From positions 11,098,001-11,162,000 of the forward strand of contig CP158636.1 of the NCBI GenBank assembly GCA_050273025.1: a DNA stretch of 64,000 nucleotides, read 5' to 3'. Position 1 is the stretch's first letter; each line of letters starts with the position of its first letter. The DNA is from Cenococcum geophilum (Eukaryota). The notes beneath the pieces were generated by a model. That model did no database searches. It worked only from the letters and a program-made list of their open reading frames with translations, and had not been told where the DNA came from. Positions 35,111 through 46,800 of the stretch are shown here, piece after piece. The position numbers and the translations under genes are program-made.

Positions 35111-36454
35111 ATGAGTACTGAGTATTCTTCTCAGAATCTTCCCCTGCCAGTGGCACGCCTTATTCAAGCTATTCACGACCTCGACAGTGTTGGTTTAGCT
35201 TCGACGTTTGGTGAGAATGCTATCCTCGTCGATGAGGCTAAGGCCTATCATGGCCGACCTTCCATTCAAGAATGGTGCCAGGAGGCGTTGGTAAATCACA
35301 AGGCTACGATAAGTGTAAAAGAGACAAAGACTGTGAGAGAGGAGACATGGATTCGCGTTGTGATGGACGGCCAATTCGAGGCAGACTACGGCATTACAGA
35401 GCCATTCACATTGTATTTCTATTTCACTCTCCAGGGCGACAATATCCGTCACCTCCGAATCAATGATATTGCTCCTGATGAGCCCACTATGCGGGCTGTG
35501 TGGGCCAGTAGAGGTAATCTGGAGAACCCTCTGGCATCGGTCCGTAACGATGTTCGCAGAGTACCGGAAGTCCCAAAGGGATGGGTCAAAGTCAAGGTCG
35601 CCGCAGTTGGGCTGAACTACCACGATATATTCACGCTCAAGGGACTTGGGATGCACAAGCTTACCTTTCCTTTGACTCTGGGGAATGAGGGGGTTGGATT
35701 TCTGGAAGATGGTACAGAAGTCATCATATTCCCTGTCATGGGCGACCGTGACTTTAAGGGCGACGTGACGATGGATCCTAAGCGGCATGTCCTCGGGGAG
35801 CTCACTCAAGGAGCGCTGGCAGAATATGTGGTCGTTCCCGAGGAAAATATTATCAAGAAACCGAAGGAGCTTTCCATGCTGACGGCTTCCGTCCTTGGAA
35901 TTGCTTATTTGACAGCATACCGCATGCTGTTTGGGCGCTCTGGTCTGAAGAAAGGCCAGAAGATGCTAGTTCAGGGTTCAACAGGAGGAGTAGCCGTAGC
36001 TCTAATCCAGTTAGGTAGAGCAGCCGGCATGACCGTGTGGTGTACCGGTAGGACAGAAGAAAAGAGGGCGTTAGCTAGAAAGCTCGGAGCGCACCAAACG
36101 TTTGAGGCCGGAGAGAAGCTCCCAGAGAAGGTTGCGGCAGTCTTCGATATGAGCGGAGCGCAGACATGGAGCCACTCGATTGACTCGATTGGTACTGGCG
36201 GCACCATTGTGACATGCGGACGTCACAGTGGAGGCAAAGTCGAAATGGATTTGCTTAAAGTATTCGCAGAGCAGATCAACATCCGCGGAGTGTATGCCGG
36301 TAATCGAGAGGAGTTTGAAAAGATGGTGGCATTCGTGGCCGAGCACAAAATCGAGCCACACATACCAGTTGTGTTTCCTTTGGAGGAGGCTGAGCAAGGG
36401 TTGAGGATGATACTAGCAGGGACGGTTCAGGGCAAAGTGGTGGTAAAACTTTAG
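35111..36454 (+). CDS. SnoaL/NTF2-like domain fused to an MDR-family NAD(P)H oxidoreductase (quinone-reductase type)
   Basis: The first ~120 aa are SnoaL-like (LPLPVARLIQAIHDLD..F..NAILVDE..HGRPSIQEW). The MDR part shows VKVAAVGLNYHD, LGNEGVG, YLTAYRML, VQGSTGGVA and GKVVV. Intronless. Confidence 0.88.
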   Translation: MSTEYSSQNLPLPVARLIQAIHDLDSVGLASTFGENAILVDEAKAYHGRPSIQEWCQEALVNHKATISVKETKTVREETWIRVVMDGQFEADYGITEPFTLYFYFTLQGDNIRHLRINDIAPDEPTMRAVWASRGNLENPLASVRNDVRRVPEVPKGWVKVKVAAVGLNYHDIFTLKGLGMHKLTFPLTLGNEGVGFLEDGTEVIIFPVMGDRDFKGDVTMDPKRHVLGELTQGALAEYVVVPEENIIKKPKELSMLTASVLGIAYLTAYRMLFGRSGLKKGQKMLVQGSTGGVAVALIQLGRAAGMTVWCTGRTEEKRALARKLGAHQTFEAGEKLPEKVAAVFDMSGAQTWSHSIDSIGTGGTIVTCGRHSGGKVEMDLLKVFAEQINIRGVYAGNREEFEKMVAFVAEHKIEPHIPVVFPLEEAEQGLRMILAGTVQGKVVVKL

Positions 36455-36875
36455 AGACAAATTGCAGACGTCTTGTTCCATAATCTGCCTATTAATCTTA
36501 ATAGAAAGATATATTCCTTTTCAGCCAAAGGGCTCACAGATATGTTCAGTGAAGCGAGGCATCCAACTATTTTCCGGCCCAATATTTACGGATCAAAGTT
36601 GAAGTGCTTCGGCTCGGCGTATTGCGTGATGTATTGCGCGAGGATGTGGCTTCGTAGGATGATGATGCTTAGAAATCGAACGAGATGGCATCATCAGAGC
36701 GTGAGAAGAATATAGCTATTTGATAAACGCCATTCCAAGAGAAAAACTGCATATAATCAAGGGCTCTACTGAAGAGCTGACTTTCCGTACTCTCCCCGAC
36801 TCAATTTAAGCACTGGCCTCGAGAAAGCTGACTCGTGCACCAACGTTAACCCACAAGCCACAAGCTCCTGCGACC

Positions 36876-37712
36876 ATGACCACCAACGGAACTGCTCCTA
36901 AGATCACTTTTTACACCAATCACGGCTGCCCGTGGGCTCACAGAGCTCATATCACGCTGAAGGAGCTGGGGTTACCCTATGAGGAGGTTATCATTGACCT
37001 TGAAAAGCCCCGCGAACCATGGTATTTGGAAGTCAACCCCGTGAGTCACCTCAAGTCACGTAACTAGTTCTAAGCTTACGGAGCGGCAGCGTGGTCTGGT
37101 TCCATCTATCAAATACTCCAATGGCATTGTCAACGATGAAATCGTCACTGAGTCGGCCATTGTGAGCCAATTCCTCGCCGATACTCACCCTTCCCATCTT
37201 CTCCCAGCCTCCAACGACGGCCCCACCGCAGCCCTCACTCGGGCCCGCATCAACTTCTTCGTGGACACTTGGTTCACCAAAGCTGGATCTTACTGGTTCA
37301 ATATTCTGCGCAAGGATACTGAAGAAGAAAAGGAGACTCTCGCAAGAGAGTTCATAGCCGTCGTGGAGAAGGAGATTGAGCCGCTGTTGAAGGATGCTGA
37401 CCCTTACTTCGGCGGTAGTAAGACCCTCACCTTTGCTGAGGTACGTCTAAATCTAAGCTGTCTTGTCACGCATCCAATTAACATTGCTCTTAGGCCCTCG
37501 TTGCACCATTCATTCTACGCATATATGCGTATTCGAAAAACGGTCGCTTTTTGCCTAAATCGATCCAAAACGGCCTAGATAGCCTGCCAAACTTTTCGAA
37601 GTGGGCAGCGGCGACTATAGCACATGACAGCGTTACGTATATTTGGGATGAGGAGACCGTCTTGTCAAAGACCGAAGCTCGCCTTGCAAAGTTGAAAGCC
37701 CAACCTAAGTAA
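36876..37712 (+). CDS. Glutathione S-transferase (Cys-type active site, omega-like)
   Basis: YTNHGCPWAHR, EVNP|RGLVPS, ESAIVSQFL and TFAE|ALVAPF. Two introns (37041-37089, 37441-37492). Confidence 0.9.
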
Positions 37713-38073
37713 CTTGGCCCAGGAAGGATATTAGTATCTTGAGTCGAGAAATGTGGCGTGATGGAGGCTCTAGCGCAAATCATTGCGTCTTCTCTATAGG
37801 CTTCCAGTGAGGTTTACAGATAACCTTAAATTGATCGTGGATTAACAAGCCGAGCCAAGGGCATATAAAAACAATCTCTCGAGGACTAGAAATATCGTAT
37901 CATCGTAATGCCACCATCATGTTCCAAAGCAGGAGTACCAGAATGCCAGAATGCCAGAACCCCAAAAACCCGAAACAAAAGTCAAAATCAGAATCCTACC
38001 ATAGGGTGAAGTCAAAAATCCAGCATGCACGCTAGAAGCTTGACATCATCCCTTCCCTGCTTAACTAATGCGA

Positions 38074-39516
38074 CTAATTTGAAGCACGTCGATTTCTCTT
38101 AGCCGGGCGATCCTTCTGTAGTGCAGCATCAGCCATGCTGAGTTGGAGCATAAGCCTCGCCGCCTTCATTTCCCTCGTGCTCATACTCAATGATAACTCG
38201 TGTTCCAGCTTAGATGGCCCCTCGATGGATTGTACAGGACGTCTTGAACCACCGCCCGATTCCTCATTTAGATCTGACAAGCCTCTCTTCGACCTTGGCG
38301 GATCCTCTTCGTAAGAGCTTGGGACTGACGAAAGCCACGGCTTAGGTGAAATAATAACTGGTAGCGTCCCTAGGTCCCTCGGCGAGCGAGGCCGATTTAT
38401 AGATGTCCATACCTGAGTTGTTGGCGACACCTGCGGGGAGAACAGATACTTGCCGCTTTGGTCCGTATCAGTTCCATAGCCGCTCTCGACGTCGGTGCCC
38501 TTTGATTGACGCTTTTTTAAACTCTTGATTGTCCAAGGTGCGTATGCGAATTGAGATCTCGGTGTGCTGACAGTTACTGAACGTTGTCCTGCTGGTGTCC
38601 GTCTATCTTCGCTCTCTAGTCGCCATCGTTCAGACTGCACCGTACACCTATAGATGATATCTTGGTCGATTAAGAACTTTGCGAAATTCAGATCCTTGGG
38701 CGAAGTGCAAATAAAAAGAAAATCATTCCCGAACACAGGAGTTAGCGCGTGGCGAATGTTGTAGCAGAATGTTGCTGTTACAGCTTTTGCTGCTTCGAAA
38801 GGCATCCAGTACCCTTTGCTTTTGTCAGTGAATATTTACACCTGCCATCGGATGTTATGACGAACCTTGGGCAGTCAGTGCCCCTCCAGTGATACTATGA
38901 CTAATGTCTCGAAGGCCTGGGTTTATGTTCAACACTTTCGCCGGCGTTGTCTGTATATGTTAGTTCCAGTATCTTTGTGTCGATAAAAGGAAGATGGACA
39001 ACCTTAGAATACTTGCAGCATTTGAAGAATGGCGTAATGCGAACGAGTCCAATGTTATAATCCCAGAGGACAGTATATTCACGCTCATCGCCGGGGACCT
39101 TGAACGTGTATTGGAAGACTATAGGAGGCATCAGCACTGGATGGTGAGACTATGCGGTGAGTCTAGGCACCTTCAAAGCTTTCCCTTCCAGTCTTTGCCA
39201 TGAAGTCCTTTTTCTCACTGTTATAGGGGATATGGCGACAGTACTTCCCAATTTCTCCCATGGGATATATTTGGAATCTTCGATGTTGCGCTACAAGCTC
39301 CAGGTCATCTCCAGCCTCGTGCGGAGGATAGTTTATCTTGCCCTTAAATTTTGATCCTTCAGTAAAGATGGGCGCATCCTTCGGTACCTTTTGACGCTTC
39401 GGCGCCGATGTGTATGTCGCAGGGGAACGAGGCATATTGATTTTGATTGGGCTTGCGGGGCTGCGGTATTCGTGATGGTCACCGCAAAGTGGATTCAATA
39501 GAGATTGAATCTTCAT
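38074..39516 (-). CDS. APSES/KilA-N transcription factor (Xbp1-like)
   Basis: [68 protein letters not shown]; spliced. Confidence 0.9.
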
Positions 39517-42500
39517 AGTCGTTCCTGTGTATCGTTGTGGCCAAAACCGCTGACGGATATTCGATATGATGTAAGTTGATGCTTATCAAGAGTACAAAGG
39601 AGGATGCCCTTGGAGCAAGGCTGGGGCGAGAAGCAAGACTAGGTAGTTGTGTCACCAGAGGTAAAGTTTGGCCAGCAAGTTTGGTGGAGGGCAGTGCTGT
39701 TAGAGAACAGAGGCTAACGACGAAGCGTTTGCAGAAAAGGCTCACGAGGAGGAGGTGCTCGACTTATACTAGTCGCCAAAAGTATCGCGTTTCGAAAGAC
39801 ACAGTGGTTCTAAGGGAAAGCACTATATAACCCATTTAGCTGCATCGCTGTGCATGAAAGCCTGTCCGACGGGTCGAACCTTCTTTATCCCAGATATCAG
39901 AACGGGAGACTCCTTAGTTGCAGATGCTAGCCGCAGATTTTGGTTAGACGCTTGTGTGCGGTGTATGCCGCCGATCCGTTTCTATCTGCTGAAAGAATAA
40001 CCTCGTTTGTCGGCGATGTCAGTCTTGTTCGCTTGGAGCTCTAACAGGTGTCCGAGTTGGGTATTGTTCGCAGAGAAGATAACAGCTGGAGAATTGATAG
40101 GCCAGTCTGCACAGTCATTAAGCCAGCCGACTGGCTTGCTGGCACGGCCAGATTGAGGAGAACTAACCGTCTTGCTAGTGAATCGACAAGCTTCTGTCCA
40201 GGATACTAGCAATGCTGACAATTTCCGGAGAAGCGTACTTTGATGAATGATCACCGAGGTTAGGTCACAGTCCAGCAAAGCCTTGACTGCGTTATTCACA
40301 CGCGAATCCAATGCCCGGTATCTCTCTTGTTCTTCAAAGCGTTCGTTACTACGCCTACCCGAGAAGCATGTTGTAAACGATTGTTTAATATCCCAACGAA
40401 ACCTGCAAGGAATGGCTCATATGAAAAATATTTAGCACTCACGTAAGTGCTTAGTGAAGAGCTCAAAAAGAACAAAAGCCTAGTTCGGTTCGAAGAAGCA
40501 ACCTAAGGTAATTCCTAACCTACGACGACGGGAGCAGGAAAATAGGATCGAGGGCAGCCGTTTCGCTGCATCGACCACCGCTTCCGCTCAAACCCTGCAT
40601 CTATCCAGGTTATCTCCCGCCGTCCTTGTCCCGAGACACTTTCTTAAAAACTAGATCCATAGAACAAATCATGCGATGTACGTGCGAGCTTTCAGCATGA
40701 CGGAGGCTGCCAGGTACCCACCACATTCGCGTGGAAACCCAACCACGCAATCGCCCTAGTTTGACAGGCCTTAGTCCAGCCTGCCCTAGCTTTCCCCAGC
40801 TTTTCGGGAGATTCTAGCGTCAGGAAGAGCAACTACCTGACAGTTGCTTTTGCGGGTGTGGTGGGCTTGTTCTCTATCTCTCCCCGTCGTTTCCGTACAC
40901 GAATCTACTCGGCCTTCCCCCAGATTACAGTTCCCTCCTCGGGAAATATGGGCTGTGGCAATCTAAATGAAAAGACTCTAGCATGGCTAGCTTCCAGAGA
41001 ATGGTGGTTCATACTAGCCAATCGGTAGGGGTGTTGTGCTGCAGCCTCCCGCCGGAACAGCACACGTACATAGCCAGTCGCGCCGCAAACGTGGGTTGCC
41101 TTGCTAGTTTTGGGTGGCATCTTCGGCAAGATACGTAGAGATCAAGTCGCGGCGCGGAAAGTGGTTGAGTTTGAGGCACTCAGTGAGGTCGATATACACC
41201 CTTTTGGTTGGCAGGGGGACTCGAGGGAGTTGATCTCCAAGCAAGGTGGCTTGATCACCCGCCTCTATTTAGAAGGTTGTATACGCAGCCACATCACACA
41301 AATTGGAATTGTGGTGCTGGTGCTGGAGTACGCGTGGCTTGCGCTGGTTAAGGCGGAGAAAGGTACGTAGTGACTATCACTCGATTGCGGTGCGTTGTCT
41401 GCTGGTCCTTTGCCTCATAAGCTGGGCCGTGCCTTACCAGACTTTAAGAACAAAGAAAGAGTTTCAAGCGCAGTACCTGTTTCTTCACCGCCGCTTGTCT
41501 TCGTGTTGTCGGCAAGGCGGTGATTGCGTCTTATATTGACCGCTCAAAGCAGGAGGCAGGATTCTGGAGCGCTCGATGCTCTAACCCGTGACCCGTACCT
41601 GGAATGGAGGTGCTTCTAGAGCCCTTCTAGAAACCCAACAAGACATGCACCATGATGCATAGCAGTGAATGATGCGTTGCTTCCTTGACACTTGTCCGTT
41701 TATCAGCAGGCGTTAATGGAACAACCGTGAATGGTCCAGAAGTGACGACTCTGGCTTGCAGTCTGACTATGCAAATATCACCGATTTCGGCTACATACAC
41801 GTCTATACTTTGATGACCTCAAAGCCTGCTTGTGTAACATTTAGGTTGCTCTAACTGGCATAGTATGCCATACTAGGTGCTAACTTGGCGAGACAGTGTT
41901 CGCCATCGCTCCGGAGTGTGGCATTCGACGAATCCATCTGTTGTTTCTTGTAAAGACGTGCCACATCCTCGTCTACATCACAAAACCAGAATACTGGAAT
42001 CCGATTACTCTTCATAAGTGATGAAACCGTGGACCATAGCACAATTAGTTGGTAGTTCGTTGGTTGCCTTTATATAGGGATCGCCGGTGAGTCGTATTTC
42101 AACCGTTCATCTCTTGCTCGTTTGCAAGTTAAAAATTTCTAGTTGGAATACAGTAGTTTCACAAAGTATTTTCACAAAGTATTCTGTACACTCTAGTCGG
42201 TTGTTAGGATCGGTTGTCCGCAACGAAATATGAACACAATCGATAAGATCATTCGTATCCCCTAAGTCATTGTTTCGTCTTAAACACTATCAGTAGAGTA
42301 CATTTCCTCCGACCCTCGAGAGAGACCTGCCACCAGCTCCGTTCCGTGAAACCCATCTGCTACAATCTGAAGACCAGCCGAACCAAGGTTCTCCAATGCC
42401 TAAAGGGGGCGGTTATCATCTCCTTGCCGCCCGCTCTGTTCTGGCGGTATCAATACAGATCGTACGTTTCCTTGCTCTGCTCCCATTCGTATCGCGCAGA

Positions 42501-43878
42501 AACAAGCTGCGAGGTCGAAATTGGCCTCTAGCCTTGTGCTCTTCAACGGGACGGGACGAGGTGCGGCATTGCTAGTAATTTATTACTAGCAACTCAATAG
42601 CTTGACGCCGCGGTGGCACGAGCAGCGTGGACGACCACGATGCGGCAGGGTGAGTCGGTGCAACAAGGCTCTCCCCCACCTCCACAAGCCAGGCCAAGCC
42701 AGGCCAGGTCAGGCCATCCTCCCCCAATCTCCCCGCCACCAGCGCTGACGATCCTCGCAGTTCACGCCGTCCCTGAAAGACCCACCGCGCAATCCGTACT
42801 CTCAGCGTATCCCGATCACACTTAGCATCCCGGCCCAGATCCTAGCGGCGTCCACAGCCTCAGTCCCACAGCGTCGCTCCCCTTCCCTTCCCATCCCCTC
42901 CCGCCGGCCTCTCCCCCACACCTGCCGTGTGTCCCCCCGCGACACAAAAAGCCGCAACAGTGGCGCCCTCGAGCCTGCGTGCGACGCAGCTGTCAAGATC
43001 TGGAGACAAGGGCCGCAGAGACGGGCCTTTGCTGGCCCAAAGCCACAGTGCTACGATTTGGAATTTTCGGCGCACCCTAGCGGCCCTAGTTTCGCAAATC
43101 GGCGGGTAGCTGCAGGAAGAAGGGGAAAAAAGTGAGCAGGGAGGTACGCGCTCGCGGCGAATGGTGGAAATGGGACGTGTGCCGTTGGGCCGTCAAGCTT
43201 TCTGCGTAGACGTTTGACTGGGTGGGGTTTTTCTTTTGGTTCGGCCGTGGTTTGGTTGCTCTGTGTAGAGTGTTATGTCACGTTAGGGGTTTTAGATTGT
43301 CGAAGCTCGACACTTTGCGTTGCTCTACCGACTTGAGTTGAGGACGCTGCTATCGTGACATTCGGCGGGCGGGATTCTTTAAGCAGTGTGAATACGAGGA
43401 CCTGGATGTAACTTGCAGAAAAGGGCGTACAATACGTATCTGAAGTAAGGGGAGGTTGCTTCAAGCCAGATCGCGGATCCGTGCATGCTTAATCAATCGC
43501 TCTCGCTTTGCTCCCGTGCAGGGCAGGCCGTCTTGACAAATCGCGAGCAAGCAGTAGGTATTTTCCATGAAGCGCAGTTGATTGGGTAGCTTCACAATAC
43601 CATTCACCTGGGAAAGGGAGGGAGCGGCAATATCAAAATAGAAGCAAGCCAGTATTCTGGATATCTGATCTGAGACAGCGGAAGTCTGTAGAAAGAGTAG
43701 AAAACGCAGAAGAAATGTGCCCCGCTCCAGCCCATTCCAAATAATACACAACAGTAGAAGATTATCACCATCAGTGAATCAAGGAAAAGAGAAGTCATGA
43801 ACAGATCGTAATACCCATCTCCACCCCTAGGTATCAAACGCCATTTCCGTCCCAACCAGCCCAACCCAACGCACTTCT

Positions 43879-46800
43879 TTAGTCACTGTCATCATCGAAA
43901 CTAGCCTCGCTGACATCGTCTTCGCTCTCGTCATCACTGGGAACTTGGTACTTCGGCTTAGCAGTCGCTGCACGTCGGCCGGGTCGGGCCGCGGCTCTCG
44001 GCGCAGGCTCAGGTTCAGCCATGGTCTCATCCTCTTCATCGCTCAGGATATCGTTAGCCAGGGCACTGACATCCTCCTCGTCATCCATATCCTCATCATC
44101 CATATCCTCATCAGAGTCGGCAGCCTTCTTTGGTGCGGATTTCGTGCCTGACTTAACCTTGCTGAGCTTGGCGGCGTAGGCCTTTGCAGCCGGCGAGAGC
44201 TGAGTCGCCTTTTTTGCAACGACGGCAGACGCAGAAGCCTTCGACTTTGGAGCAGGTTTCGCGGCTGCTTTAGATGCTGTCTTCGAAATAGGTTTGGCGG
44301 CTGGCTTGGCGACGGCTTTGGCGGTCACCTTGGAGGAGGTTGCTTTTGGCACGCCGAATCCGAAGGCATCGTCATCGTCCGATCCAAGCATAGTGTCGTT
44401 GGCGTTCCGTGGTGCCGGCCTCTGGGGAGACGGCTGGGGCATGAGCTTGGTGTAGTCGGTCTCATCGTCGGAGATGTCGACAATAGGCCTGGCGGCAGGT
44501 CGAGCAGGGATCTTAGCAGCAAGGCTGGTGGCACTGCTTGGCCGGTGGCCGCTTCCAGGACGCGCTGACGTAGACTCAGAGAAGAGGGGACGGTTGTTGC
44601 TTGTACCGTTGGTATTAGCACCAATTCCCTTCACCATGGTGCTAACGTCTCCCAACAGATCATCCCCGTTGTCATCATCGCTATCATCCGAGAGGACGTA
44701 TTTAGGAACCTTCTTTGCTGCAGCCCGAGCTTGACGGGCTGGGGCCGCACGTTTCGTCTCCTTGGCCTCTTTTGCAGCAGCAGCAAACACATCATCCTCA
44801 TCATCCTCATCATCGCTAGGGATAGACACCGGAGAAGGTTTCTTGGCCTTTGTTGTGGCAGCTCGAGGTTTCTTAGATGGAGCAGGGGGCTTGACATCCT
44901 CTTTTGGCACGACGTCAGATGCGCCATCTTTTGTCATGGCACTATTATCTACCGGCGGCTTTGCGGCTGTTGAATTCGATGCCGCACCTTCCTTCAGTGC
45001 CTGAGTGGCAGACTTGGGAGGAGGCGAGTTGTTTTTGTTGAGATAACTCAATAGGCCACCCGTCTTTGGCTTGGTAACCGCCTTCTTCGTTTTCTTGGAT
45101 CCGAAATCCGAGTCGCTAGGTGCGTCGCTATCATCGGCTTTACGCTTCTTTGACTTGGGTCCGCCTGCACCGATACGGAGTTTGGCAGAGGCGCGACGTC
45201 CCATATTTGCGATCTTCCGGGCCTGCTTGGCTTCGTCATCGAGTTGGTCATGCCACTCTTGGATGAACGCATCAAGATCACGAGTCCAGAGATCCTTTGG
45301 CGAGAGTTGGATGAGAGCATCTATCTCCATTTCCTTATCACCAATTTGCTTGAGAAGTTTCTCGACGCGTTCTTGAGTCAAGGACCAGATGGCCATCTAC
45401 AAATAGTCAGTTTCAGTCAATTAGGCCCAAGAGACACGTATAAGCAACTTACGCCAAGAAGATAGTCATAATCATTCGCGCCGGCTTCGGCATCATTCTC
45501 AGTCTCCTCGTCTTCCGCAGCGTCTTCAAGTTCGCCAGCCTTTTGAGCATCTGCTACTTTGGGGAAAGGTTTGAAGTTGAGATTCTGCAGTTCAGCTACA
45601 AGAGTCGATTTCTTTTTCTTGGAGATGACAAGTTTGCCGTCAATAATCATTTGAATGAAACGAGACTGGTTGCTCATCTTGTCGAGGTCTTTCTGCATCT
45701 CACTGAGTTGGTATTGCTAGATGTAGGTTAGTCTTGTGTTCAGAAGTCCAAATAGGAAATCGAGTTACCTTGCGCTTCTCATAGTATCTCAAACGGATAT
45801 GATAGAATTCCTCCATGATATCTAGCACGGTAGCGTACTTGTGAATCCGACCCTGAGCATCGAAAGCGACCAAATTGGATGTTGCCATAGTCTTTGACAG
45901 TTTAAATGTCTCTTCCAGACCTTTCTCGGTCGCATTCTTAAAGTGCTTGTCATCCATCTTGATAATGAAACGGACCTTGTCAGGAGTGTTGTATTCAGTG
46001 TAGTCCTTAATAAAAGAGGGGACCTTCTCGGCCTTAATGATGTCTTCTAGTCTGTCCTTGAAGTCCTGGGTCCATAGTCGGACGGGCAGTTCGGTGACCT
46101 CAACTTCGTTGTCGCCTGTCTGTTGAATAATACCAGAGAACTTGACCCGCTCGCCACCTAGATCGACAACCTCGCCGGTGAAGCCTCGGAACCAAGGAGT
46201 CATTGGCTTCATATCTTCTTTGGAACCTCCAACCATCCGCCGTTTCAGGTTGTCGACAATGTCGACTGGATTATAATTCGGAATAGAGGAACTCCAACCA
46301 GTTCCAATACCATCCGCACCGTTGACCAAAATCATTGGAAGGACAGGTACGTACATTTCAGGCTCAATCGTCTTTCCATCACTCTCACCATACTTGAGCA
46401 ATGCATCGTCCTGAGCATGGAATATCCTCCGCGCAAAGGGGGAGAGCCTCGTGTAAGTGTAACGAGGGCTGGCCGCATCACTGCCACCTTGAAGACGACT
46501 TCCGAAATTTCCGCTGGGCTCCAGGCAATTGATGTTGTTTGAACCAACAAAGTTCTGAGCGAGACCAATGATGGTTTGCTGCATGGACGCCTCACCATAT
46601 GCGTAATCCGTGGAGCCAGACACTGAACCAGCAAGGTCAACGACCTTCGTATCCTTCTTTAGGTTTCGCTTGAAGCAAGTATAAAGAACTTTGCGCTGGC
46701 CAGGCTTCAAACCATCAATGACTGAAGGGATAGACCGAAGATTGTCAGCCATACTGAAAAGGATGAGTTCTTTGTTGACGAAGTCTTCATACGAAATCTT

